Source of the DNA: a virus | Taxonomy: Duplodnaviria; Caudoviricetes | Direction: 5' to 3' (one strand) | IMG/VR virus record: IMGVR_UViG_3300037310_000057 | Location: 1 to 40,145 of that record | Length of the DNA stretch: 40,145 bases | Shown here: positions 18,400 through 25,531 of the stretch, piece by piece | Layout of the letters: every line of letters begins with the position of its first letter | Numbering within the stretch: the first letter of the stretch is position 1 | Made by a program: the position numbers and the translations under genes | The notes under the pieces: generated by a model | The model's database searches: none | What the model saw: the letters and a program-made list of their open reading frames with translations, nothing else | Told to the model about the DNA's origin: nothing

Positions 18400-18618
18400 A
18401 TGGCCGATCTCACCCCAGAACAGTTGGCAGCAATCGCCGATATTCGCAGGCGCGGGGCCGCCTTGCTGGCCATCTATAACCGGCTAGGCGCGGAACAGAC
18501 CCCGGCAACTTCCTCTGGCCAGGTGAACGATCCCCACTGGCTACAGCTCGCCCGCGATCAGTTGCGGCTCAGTGTCATGGCGGGGGTCAGGGCAATCGAA
18601 CAGCCGGAGGGGCTGTAA
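18400..18618 (+). CDS. Divergent Acb2-like (anti-CBASS sponge family) protein
   Basis: Start re-called at ATG 18400; DLTPEQL.....R..G and DPHWLQLARDQLRLSVMAGVRAIEQPEGL resemble the recalled Acb2 pattern RDLSQEEI...K..G / RWLAIGKT..Q.GMMA..RAIAQP..F. Confidence 0.65.
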   Translation: MADLTPEQLAAIADIRRRGAALLAIYNRLGAEQTPATSSGQVNDPHWLQLARDQLRLSVMAGVRAIEQPEGL

Positions 18619-18736
18619 GATTACCAAAGCCCTGCGGGATCAGCGGGAAACACTGATAGATGAAACAGGAGTAGAATTACAGTGTCGGTGCCGCTTGGGC
18701 TGCGGCGCAAAAGGACTGAGGGCGGGGTTGTTCCTA

Positions 18737-18774
18737 TCCAATATGTCCATAAAGGTCCAATATGTCCATAAAGG
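18737..18774. repeat. Perfect 19-bp tandem duplication TCCAATATGTCCATAAAGG x2
   Basis: Copies at 18737-18755 and 18756-18774. Confidence 0.95.
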
Positions 18775-19011
18775 CTGGCCCGGCCGAAGTCGTCCGTTTG
18801 CCGCCGATCACGGTACGGGCGCAGAGTTTCAACGGCAATCGCGGCGTGGATGGTGACACGCCCTGGACAGATCGGCCAACCGGCGTGCCGGGCGTTCCTC
18901 TGCGACGGTAGAGGCTGGCGGCGAATGTGGTCCTGTCGTGTGACCACCCAGGAAGGGCGACGGCCCTAGCCCGGTCAGAACGGGCCGATTGCCACTTAGT
19001 TGAAAAGCCGC

Positions 19012-19410
19012 TCAAGTAGGCACAACCGCTTCGGCCGCTTCACCCTGTAGGGCGGCGAACTCTCGATAGCCGCATCGGCACCTGTACTGCGAACCGAGCG
19101 CCGCACTACACCCCTCCGAGTGACGCGCGTAGCTCATCGCATATGCCAGCGTTTCCAGTATCACGTCCCGTTCGTGTTCTACCTGTCTGCGCTTGAGGGT
19201 TTCGGCGTCGAGTGCCTCTTGCAACTGGCCGAACTGTAAAATTGCATCCAGCCGCAGCTTTTGCTCGGCGTCCAGACGGGATCGCAAGGACTCGATCAGG
19301 TCGGCGGCTTCACCCAACAACCGCCCTAGCAGCACCGCGCCGAAACCCACTCGGCCCTCAACGTCTTCGTTCATCAGCCGCCCGACAATGTCGTCGCTCA
19401 TTTCGCTCAT
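19012..19410 (-). CDS. Hypothetical coiled-coil protein with a C-terminal Cys/His cluster
   Basis: AGGAG RBS; DDIVGRL...EAADLIESLR pattern common in early phage proteins; H..GC......CRCG. Confidence 0.7.
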   Translation of the reverse strand: MSEMSDDIVGRLMNEDVEGRVGFGAVLLGRLLGEAADLIESLRSRLDAEQKLRLDAILQFGQLQEALDAETLKRRQVEHERDVILETLAYAMSYARHSEGCSAALGSQYRCRCGYREFAALQGEAAEAVVPT

Positions 19411-19667
19411 ATGGGCTCCTTACGATTCACCGCTCGACACACGACTACTTGATCGTGTACTCTGATTGCTTCGACTAGCAGCCGTGTCTGCCCTGTGCGG
19501 CCGGCCATAATCGCCAACTCGTTGGCTCTGGCACAGCGGCACGCATAGTGCTCACACATGCCGTGAGGGATATGCCGAACGTCGTCCTCTTTAAAGATCA
19601 ACTCATCCAACCGCTCGTCGCTCACCTTGCTCTCTGTCGTCATGGGCAGCTTGGGGTACTCAGTCAC
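19407..19667 (-). CDS. Hypothetical protein
   Basis: AAGGAG RBS, GTG start, 4-bp overlap with the next gene. Confidence 0.65.
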   Translation of the reverse strand: MTEYPKLPMTTESKVSDERLDELIFKEDDVRHIPHGMCEHYACRCARANELAIMAGRTGQTRLLVEAIRVHDQVVVCRAVNRKEPI

Positions 19668-19723
19668 GATCGGGCTCCTTGTCGAGCGCCGCTATGAGCG
19701 CGTCGGCTAACATAATCGCGTCT

Positions 19724-20359
19724 TTATAGTGCTTCACCAATGATCTCGCGCTTGAGTGCGCCGTACTTCTCGTCATTACCAATCACATCACCGATGAGCG
19801 CAACAATCCACCAGCGCGAACCTTCCCACTTCAGCGGCATCAGCGTGGCGTGCAGCGTTCCTTTGGAGCACAATTTAAGCGGGCCGCCCGATGTGTGGAC
19901 GACACCAGGAGCTGCGGGCGTCATTTTTTTGCCACCGTTGCAGGCATTGCCTTTTTCATCTGAAAGCCAGAAAGCCAGTTTTGCGCCGCTTGCGGCAAGC
20001 GCATCGAGTCTCGCTCGTTGACTCTCTGTCCACTTGCTAGAGAAGTGGGCGATGGTTGCTGCCCAATAAGAACCGTTGTCGCCGTAGCCGGAGCCGTCGC
20101 CGTAGCCCTCGCCGTAGCCGTAGCCGTCGCCGGAGCCGTCGCCGTCGCCGTAGCCCTCGCCGTAGCCCTCGCCGGAGCCGGAGCCGTAGCCCTCGCCGGA
20201 GCCGGAGCCGTAGCCGGAGCCGGGGCCGTAGCCGTAGCCGGAGCCGGAGCCGTCGCCGTCGCCGTAGCCCTCGCCGTAGCCCTCGCCGGAGCCGGAGCCG
20301 TAGCCGGAGCTGTCAAGCGCTCCCCGCAAGATTGCTATTTCCAAGGCGCGCTCTCCCAA
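19724..20359 (-). CDS. Gly-rich (G-Y/S/D/E) repeat protein
   Basis: GYGSGSGEGYGDGDG repeats followed by a globular domain (LCSKGTLHA, WWIVAL); coupled to the upstream DUF6948-like gene; start uncertain (TTG 20344 possible). Confidence 0.75.
   Translation of the reverse strand: MGERALEIAILRGALDSSGYGSGSGEGYGEGYGDGDGSGSGYGYGPGSGYGSGSGEGYGSGSGEGYGEGYGDGDGSGDGYGYGEGYGDGSGYGDNGSYWAATIAHFSSKWTESQRARLDALAASGAKLAFWLSDEKGNACNGGKKMTPAAPGVVHTSGGPLKLCSKGTLHATLMPLKWEGSRWWIVALIGDVIGNDEKYGALKREIIGEAL
20078..20310. repeat. Hexamer tandem repeat tract (GCCGTA/GCCGGA/GCCGTC/GCCCTC units)
   Basis: Directly visible; encodes Gly-X dipeptides on the minus strand. Confidence 0.9.
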
Positions 20360-20616
20360 CGCTTCACCGCCGCGTCAGACACTTCCGCAACGCAGGTGAT
20401 GTTGCGTAACTCGATGTCAGCAGCGGGCCCAACACGCGACCCATCCTTCGGGCCGTCACTGGCGAGCCCAATAAACCCGCGCTGCTCAATCGGCCAGTAA
20501 AGGCAACACCGCGCCGCCCTCAGCTTGATCGTTGCGCCATTGGTGTCCTTGGCATAGCCAAAGAACACCCCGCGATATTCGGTCGTCACCAAGACCGCGC
20601 GCTCTTTCTTGCTCAT
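20335..20616 (-). CDS. DUF6948-like protein
   Basis: AAGGAG RBS; VLVTTEYRGVFFG...LRAAR..LYW...LASDGP; the family is typically followed by a Gly-rich ORF. Confidence 0.75.
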   Translation of the reverse strand: MSKKERAVLVTTEYRGVFFGYAKDTNGATIKLRAARCCLYWPIEQRGFIGLASDGPKDGSRVGPAADIELRNITCVAEVSDAAVKRWESAPWK

Positions 20617-20668
20617 GTCGTCTCCTTAGTTGAAATTCCCACCGGCATGTACGCCCCGTGTGATGCGC

Positions 20669-20848
20669 TCATGCGGGCCTCCTGGAAGAGGGTTTCCTTT
20701 TTTTCTTTTTCCCGGAACGCGCTTCGCGCTCCAAGCGTTCTTTGAACGCCAGATACAGATTCTCGACTGTTATCGAGTCGCAGTAGCCGTAGTAGAACAA
20801 AGGCACGTTTAGATCGTTCTGCATCTGCCAGATTGCCGCCTTCTTCAC
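20669..20848 (-). CDS. Small basic hypothetical protein (not in the ORF track)
   Basis: My translation: (VKKAAIWQ)MQNDLNVPLFYYGYCDSITVENLYLAFKERLEREARSGKKKKRKPSSRRPA*; GTGA overlap with the upstream stop; co-oriented with its neighbours. Confidence 0.55.
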   Translation of the reverse strand: MKKAAIWQMQNDLNVPLFYYGYCDSITVENLYLAFKERLEREARSGKKKKRKPSSRRPA

Positions 20849-21150
20849 GCCGCCCTCCTCGCTACCACCGAGCCCTGTTCAAACAACCGAATCCAGGTCA
20901 AGGCGCACAGATATAGAAACTCCTCGCTGTGCTCCCATCGCTTTTCCTTGTCCCGACTCTGCGTGTCCATTTCCCGATGACAACGCGGGCAGAGATGCGC
21001 CCCGACAATATCCCGCACCTTGATCCCCATGCCGCCGCCAAACGATCCGCGACGTACCCCCGTGTAATGGCAAAGCACCACGGAACCATCGGAACCGTCA
21101 GCGCCACAACGGACGCAGCTCTGCCCTTCGGCAAGGTCACGAAGGTTCAC
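20845..21150 (-). CDS. DUF1364/YbcO-like Zn-binding putative nuclease
   Basis: LRDLAEGQSCVRC, VVLCHY, GMGIK..D..GAHLCPRCHREMD; GTG start at 21150. Confidence 0.8.
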   Translation of the reverse strand: MNLRDLAEGQSCVRCGADGSDGSVVLCHYTGVRRGSFGGGMGIKVRDIVGAHLCPRCHREMDTQSRDKEKRWEHSEEFLYLCALTWIRLFEQGSVVARRAA

Positions 21151-21467
21151 CCCTGCCTCCGGTTCGCATTCTCGGAACGCCACACGTCCACGATCAGCGA
21201 GGCGGTGCTTCTGCGATTCTTGACCGTGTTGTATTCCTTGAGCGCCACGAAATGCGCCTCCATCGCGTCAAGATATTTCTGGTCGCATCCTGCCGCCGCA
21301 GTCCTGTCTCCTAACGATCCCTCGCCGTGCTTGATGAGCGCGTCTTTGATCGCCCTGGCTTTCAGTTCCGTGCGCTCCGCATCGGCCATAAGTTCGGCGG
21401 CCTTGTCATCGCTATCCGCCACGTAATGCACCGCCTCGTCCATGCGCTCGTCAGTGATGATTCTCAC
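21147..21467 (-). CDS. Hypothetical helical protein of the recombination module
   Basis: GGAG RBS, coupled overlaps; C-term IVDVWRSENANRR. Confidence 0.7.
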   Translation of the reverse strand: MRIITDERMDEAVHYVADSDDKAAELMADAERTELKARAIKDALIKHGEGSLGDRTAAAGCDQKYLDAMEAHFVALKEYNTVKNRRSTASLIVDVWRSENANRRQG

Positions 21468-21649
21468 GCCGCCCTTCTCCTTTTGTGTCGCCGCTTGCCA
21501 TACGCCAAGATCGCCGTTTTTGAAACCCCGTACTTCTTCGCAAGCACCGACGGTTTATACCGCTCGCAAGCCAACAGCCACATGCGGTAATCCTGGTAGC
21601 ACTGTTCCCCCCGATCGGGAGATAGGGCGCATTTTCTACCCACAATCAT
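21464..21649 (-). CDS. Small HTH DNA-binding protein
   Basis: GRKCALS...PSVLAKKYGVSKTAILAY. Confidence 0.65.
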   Translation of the reverse strand: MIVGRKCALSPDRGEQCYQDYRMWLLACERYKPSVLAKKYGVSKTAILAYGKRRHKRRRAA

Positions 21650-21968
21650 GCGGCACGCCTTTGCTCTTTCGGGTCTTTTTCTTCTTAGGCGCTGATACCA
21701 CGCGGTACCCGGCGCCCCGCAATGCGGCTTCGTGATTCAACCCGCCCCGGTAACTCCCCCGAAGTTCTAACCAATCCACAACATGCCCTTCTTTGTCAGC
21801 GGGGAAAATGTATGTTTCCGGTCCTGTGAACATGGCGTTGACCGCCGAGACGACCACATATTTGTGCGTTTTTACCTTGCCGTCCCACCCTTCACTCTCA
21901 ATCGGCGGATCAAGCTCATAGAGTAGCTTGCTGGTTCCGGCTTCTTTTAAAAGTGTTGCGGTTTTCAT
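21636..21968 (-). CDS. Hypothetical protein
   Basis: AAGGAGG RBS; ATGA overlap; YVVVSAV...ETYIFPAD. Confidence 0.75.
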   Translation of the reverse strand: MKTATLLKEAGTSKLLYELDPPIESEGWDGKVKTHKYVVVSAVNAMFTGPETYIFPADKEGHVVDWLELRGSYRGGLNHEAALRGAGYRVVSAPKKKKTRKSKGVPHDCG

Positions 21969-22600
21969 GCGGCCTCCTTGTTTTCCGTGATGATCTTGCG
22001 AAGGTCTGACCGCTGCTTGCTGGTCAATTTGTCGCTTACCGCCGTGTACAGTTCCGCCTCGGTTCGCAACTGATGGTGCATTTCCATGATGCCGTTCACG
22101 TCGGAATTGAGCAGCGCCGTCTTGAATGACTCGACGAAAGCGGCAACCCTGTCTGGATCGACGTTGCTTGTGTCGGGCCTGCCGGAGTTATCCCTCCAAC
22201 CGAGAGTATGGCTCGCCGCATTGCCGTCATCATCGTCGTCGCCGACAACACCCGACACCGACTGCAAGGCGTACCGCTTGGCGTAGGTTGTCGCCGAACC
22301 GTATCCTTGGGCGTCCTGTTTCGTGGCGGGCATGTTGAGCGGACCAAACTCCCAGAACTGCCCCGACTCGTGCATCAACACGGTCACGCACGACACGCCG
22401 CCTTCCACGGTAGTAACGTCCTGCGTTACGAAGATGCCGTGCTTGTTGAAGATCGGCAGCACCGCATTCCGCACGGCCGCGAGAGAGGCGAACCGCGACC
22501 TAAAATGGGGGTTGGTCGTATCGAAAGCGGGGTTCTTCATTTCCGCCTGGGCCTTTACCAGGGCCTTTGCAAGCTCTCCAATGTCCTGACTGCGATTCAT
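21965..22600 (-). CDS. erf: ERF-family single-strand annealing protein
   Basis: ELAKALVKAQ, NPHFRSRFASL, LMHESGQF, AQGYGSATTYAKRYAL..GV..DDDDDGN. Confidence 0.93.
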   Translation of the reverse strand: MNRSQDIGELAKALVKAQAEMKNPAFDTTNPHFRSRFASLAAVRNAVLPIFNKHGIFVTQDVTTVEGGVSCVTVLMHESGQFWEFGPLNMPATKQDAQGYGSATTYAKRYALQSVSGVVGDDDDDGNAASHTLGWRDNSGRPDTSNVDPDRVAAFVESFKTALLNSDVNGIMEMHHQLRTEAELYTAVSDKLTSKQRSDLRKIITENKEAA

Positions 22601-22656
22601 GTTCCTGCTCCTGTTTCAGTTGTTCCGCGTATTGCAAAGCCTGTAATGCATCATCG

Positions 22657-22800
22657 TCATCCATTGATGCGCCATCTGTATAAAGACCTCTCAAACCGCT
22701 CCCTTTTGCGCTTCGCCTTGATCCGCTCATAGGCCAGGTAGGCGGTGAGCAGCATCGCGAATATCCAGACGATGAGGGCCAACGCAATAAACTGATTCAT
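22657..22800 (-). CDS. Small single-TM membrane protein
   Basis: Start re-called at ATG 22800: MNQFIALALIVWIFAMLLTAYLAYERIKAKRKR. Confidence 0.6.
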   Translation of the reverse strand: MNQFIALALIVWIFAMLLTAYLAYERIKAKRKRERFERSLYRWRING

Positions 22801-23366
22801 GCTTTCACCAACTTGCCTCTGCTTGCCCTGTACGCAACGCCAGCCTTCAAGCCTTTCTTGCCGATCTGCCCCGTAGCAAACCCGACACACTTGCCGTTCT
22901 TGAACTCGGCCAGCGATATCCATGTGCCGTTTGCGCCGCTTGCCGTCGCTTCGGCTGACGACGACGCGATAACGGAATCCTTGCCAGTGGCGGCGAGTTT
23001 CGCGGAGTCGCCCGAGGCGGCTTGTACACCATCCCCGCTCTTGCAATTGTCAATGACCCACTTCACCGCGCGGGTCACGAACTCGCTCAGCTTCAATTCA
23101 GCGGTGATCGTGATGGACGCCGATGTGATCTTGGAATCATCGCCGTGCTTGGCCGTCTTGCCGGACTGTTCGACCACGGCAAACCGGGCCGTTGTCAGGT
23201 CGTAGTAGTTCAGAACGTCCAAGGGGTCCTGGCAGGCGTGGAAACCGGACGAGCAAATCTCCACATCGCCGTCGTGCGTGTAAGTCTTGCCCACTTCAAA
23301 CTGGAAGCCGCGACACCGAAAGTTCGCGTCGAGAGCCTTGAATGCCGTAATCGGTTTTTCGCTCAT
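22797..23366 (-). CDS. DUF7666-like phage protein
   Basis: AFKALDANFRCRGFQFEVGKTY, ICSSGFHAC..PLDVLNYY, C-term IGKKGLKAGVAY. Confidence 0.8.
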   Translation of the reverse strand: MSEKPITAFKALDANFRCRGFQFEVGKTYTHDGDVEICSSGFHACQDPLDVLNYYDLTTARFAVVEQSGKTAKHGDDSKITSASITITAELKLSEFVTRAVKWVIDNCKSGDGVQAASGDSAKLAATGKDSVIASSSAEATASGANGTWISLAEFKNGKCVGFATGQIGKKGLKAGVAYRASRGKLVKA

Positions 23367-23623
23367 GGCGCGTTTCCCCGCGCCTCAAAGGCCGGCACCG
23401 CGCATACTCCGCACAGCCCGTCTCCTGCGTTCGCTTCCATGTCGCGGCACGCGCGGCAGATTTCGATTTCGTCCAAGTCCCAGGAGCCGCACGTCGGACA
23501 CTCAAGCGTCACGGTGGTGCGCGTCTCGACCGCGCCCCATGCCTCGCTGCGCTCGGAGCCTTCGACGTATTCCGGCTCGATGAAGATTTCGTCACATTCG
23601 CCGCAGTGATAGCCGGGGATCAT
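23363..23623 (-). CDS. Zn-ribbon protein
   Basis: Four CxxC pairs; start re-called at ATG 23623. Confidence 0.7.
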   Translation of the reverse strand: MIPGYHCGECDEIFIEPEYVEGSERSEAWGAVETRTTVTLECPTCGSWDLDEIEICRACRDMEANAGDGLCGVCAVPAFEARGNAP

Positions 23624-23724
23624 GGCAGCGATTCCACAAGAGACAGCGCGACCCATACGCAAAGCGCGAGCATGAGCGCGAGCGCAATCAGGTGTTCACC
23701 AGGACCAGTGATAGGGTAAGTCAT
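23620..23724 (-). CDS. 34-aa membrane peptide (not in the ORF track)
   Basis: My translation: MTYPITGPGEHLIALALMLALCVWVALSLVESLP*; GGAGG RBS; ATGA overlaps on both sides. Confidence 0.55.
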   Translation of the reverse strand: MTYPITGPGEHLIALALMLALCVWVALSLVESLP

Positions 23725-24368
23725 ATTGGCAATCCTCCCCATTGTTCGGCCATCGCGGCGGCGATTCCGGGATAAGTCTCGGCGCGCATAGCAGCGCGCC
23801 GAGGCGACGGCCCGAGCCGGTTTTGCCCGCTGTCGGTCTGATTAGACCATCGTTCGCGGCCATTCACGATCCGGCCGGAAACGCGGCGCGTAGGCGCAAG
23901 CGACGGCAGATTGCGTAGCCACAGGCCGGTACGTTTGCTTGCGTCGTCGCCGAAATCATACGGCTGCACATACTGCGGGCGCGGCATGAATGGCAGCCGC
24001 GTATTAATGCAGCCTTGCGGATTCTCAAGGCAAGTCCTGGCGGCCGGCACATTCCAGCAGCGCTTGACAAAGATCAGCGCGGCTTCAGTTAGCGCGGCCC
24101 GTTCAGGTCTACGCATGTTCCAATGCAGGCCGCTAGACGCCAAGTAGCGGCAATCGGGATGCACGATGAACAGGTCTGGTTCGCGCCCGCTCTCCTCGCC
24201 GATCATGGCGAGCACGTCGAACGGGTCGCCTTGCCAGTGTCCGCCATTGGCGCCGAGCGTGGCGCCGTCATCGGCGGGTGCAAGATCAATGGACAGCGCC
24301 CAGTGCCCGCGCGCTTGGAACGCGCGGCGCAGCATCCCCGAGCGTTCGCAGCCTATGACTACGCGCAC
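23721..24368 (-). CDS. Phage DNA cytosine methyltransferase-like protein
   Basis: VVIGCERSG..RRAF..RGH...SIDL, HPDCRYL, LENPQG, VQPYDFG...SKRTGLWL..LP, TYPGIAAAMAEQWG. Confidence 0.78.
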   Translation of the reverse strand: MRVVIGCERSGMLRRAFQARGHWALSIDLAPADDGATLGANGGHWQGDPFDVLAMIGEESGREPDLFIVHPDCRYLASSGLHWNMRRPERAALTEAALIFVKRCWNVPAARTCLENPQGCINTRLPFMPRPQYVQPYDFGDDASKRTGLWLRNLPSLAPTRRVSGRIVNGRERWSNQTDSGQNRLGPSPRRAAMRAETYPGIAAAMAEQWGGLPI

Positions 24369-24388
24369 GGCCTAGAGCCCGCGGGCGC

Positions 24389-24658
24389 TCATGACTGCAC
24401 CCGTGCGAGCAGGGCGCGGGCCGCGCTGACAAGCTCGGTGGGCGCGTTCGCCATGGTGTAGCTATAGCCACCACTCTCCGCGACGGGACGGTCTATCAGT
24501 TGCTCGAATTGAGCAAGCGCCGCGATCAGGTCGGCGCGCTCCCGCTCAAGACGGCGAGCGTGTCGAAGCATGGCGAGATATTTCTCGTCCTGATTCTGTT
24601 CGTTTTTCATCGCGTTGAACAGATTAACTATGGTGTCAGTCATTGGCGTGTTGCTCAT
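24389..24658 (-). CDS. Hypothetical protein, paralog of 24972..25268
   Basis: AGGAG RBS; TPMTD...YLAMLRHARRLERERADLIAAL...ARALL. Confidence 0.8.
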   Translation of the reverse strand: MSNTPMTDTIVNLFNAMKNEQNQDEKYLAMLRHARRLERERADLIAALAQFEQLIDRPVAESGGYSYTMANAPTELVSAARALLARVQS

Positions 24659-24732
24659 GTCTCTCTCCTAGCGCGCGGCCGTGGCATCACGCTATTGCAG
24701 CGTATCGTAGTCACAGACGAAACTTTGGCCGT

Positions 24733-24945
24733 CTAAACCTGCTGGCTTATCGCAAGCACGTAAAAAAGTGGCTGCGCGCCGCCGCCTATACATGCTGGCC
24801 CAGGCCTTTCGGGATCACATGCGCGCCATTGCGCGATGACTTCGCGCGCAACGTCATATCCCTCATCCCGCGCGAATTGAGTGAGCGTGCCCGACCATAT
24901 GTCAGCGCCGCAATCATCTATCACCGCTATGCGTGGAATGTTCAT
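24733..24945 (-). CDS. Hypothetical protein
   Basis: AGGAG/GGAG RBS and ATG start; co-oriented with its neighbours. Confidence 0.65.
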   Translation of the reverse strand: MNIPRIAVIDDCGADIWSGTLTQFARDEGYDVAREVIAQWRACDPERPGPACIGGGAQPLFYVLAISQQV

Positions 24946-24971
24946 TGCTCCAATCTCCTATGGCTTGTGGA

Positions 24972-25268
24972 TTACTGCCACCATTCAAGCAGTGCACGGG
25001 CTTGTGAGAGCGGACCGCCAATTGACTCAATGTCATCTAGCGGCACGGCGAATACGTCAGCGGTCCCTTCCACGCGAGGATCAGGAATGCTATGAGCGTT
25101 TTGGGCAATGTTTGAAAGCAAGTCCGCGCACGCTTTCAACGCCGCGATCAATTCGGCGCGCTCCCGCTCAAGACGGCGAGCATGTTGAAGCATGGCGAGG
25201 TACTCTTCGCCTTCGCTTTGCCAACCCTTCATCGCGTTGAGGGTGTCAGTCAGTGGCGTAGCGCTCAT
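24972..25268 (-). CDS. Hypothetical protein; first gene of the leftward operon
   Basis: AGGAG RBS; TPLTD...YLAMLQHARRLERERAELIAAL...ARALL. Confidence 0.8.
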   Translation of the reverse strand: MSATPLTDTLNAMKGWQSEGEEYLAMLQHARRLERERAELIAALKACADLLSNIAQNAHSIPDPRVEGTADVFAVPLDDIESIGGPLSQARALLEWWQ

Positions 25269-25304
25269 GTCTCTCTCCTATGCCCGTGGCTGCCCAGTGA
25301 CATG

Positions 25305-25367
25305 AAGTTTAGCAAGCCTGTTGCAGATAGCAAGGGGGTTGCAAAATATATTTTAGGCGCGTATATA
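25305..25367. promoter_or_regulatory. Divergent early promoter region with two operator-like palindromes
   Basis: Rightward TTGCAA(25339-44)-17bp-TATATA(25362-67); leftward TTGCTA-16bp-TAAACT; repeats TAGCAAGcctGTTGCA (25310-25) and TAGCAAGgggGTTGCA (25328-43). Confidence 0.7.
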
Positions 25368-25375
25368 GGGGGGTC

Positions 25376-25531
25376 ATGGAAACCGAAGTCACCTATACTC
25401 AATTTTTGGCGGCAGCCCAAAAACGCCGCCAAAGGGCCAAAAAGCTACTTGCTCAAGGCAGGACTTCCAAGGAGGTTGCCAAACTGCTGGGCGTATCCCG
25501 TCAAAGGGTCGAGCAAATGGTGCGCCAGTGA
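25376..25531 (+). CDS. 51-aa Cro-position HTH regulator (not in the ORF track)
   Basis: My translation: METEVTYTQFLAAAQKRRQRAKKLLAQGRTSKEVAKLLGVSRQRVEQMVRQ*; clear HTH; GTGA overlap with the next gene. Confidence 0.85.
   Translation: METEVTYTQFLAAAQKRRQRAKKLLAQGRTSKEVAKLLGVSRQRVEQMVRQ

Noticed and set aside
18730-18775. dif (XerCD) site
   Set aside because: It does not match the 11-6-11 dif consensus and has no TTATGTTAAA-like XerD arm.
18572-19015. ORFs 18572-18856, 18621-18947 and 18734-19015 as an integrase remnant or real genes
   Set aside because: No recombinase motifs in any frame I translated, and the compositions look non-coding. 18734-19015 cannot be fully excluded because its TTG overlaps the upstream stop.
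20018-20500. Ala/Val-rich and Arg/Ser-rich ORFs on the + strand and the Ala/Thr/Pro ORF at 19921-20316
   Set aside because: These are alternative-frame shadows of the hexamer repeat; the Gly-rich minus-strand frame fits the operon.
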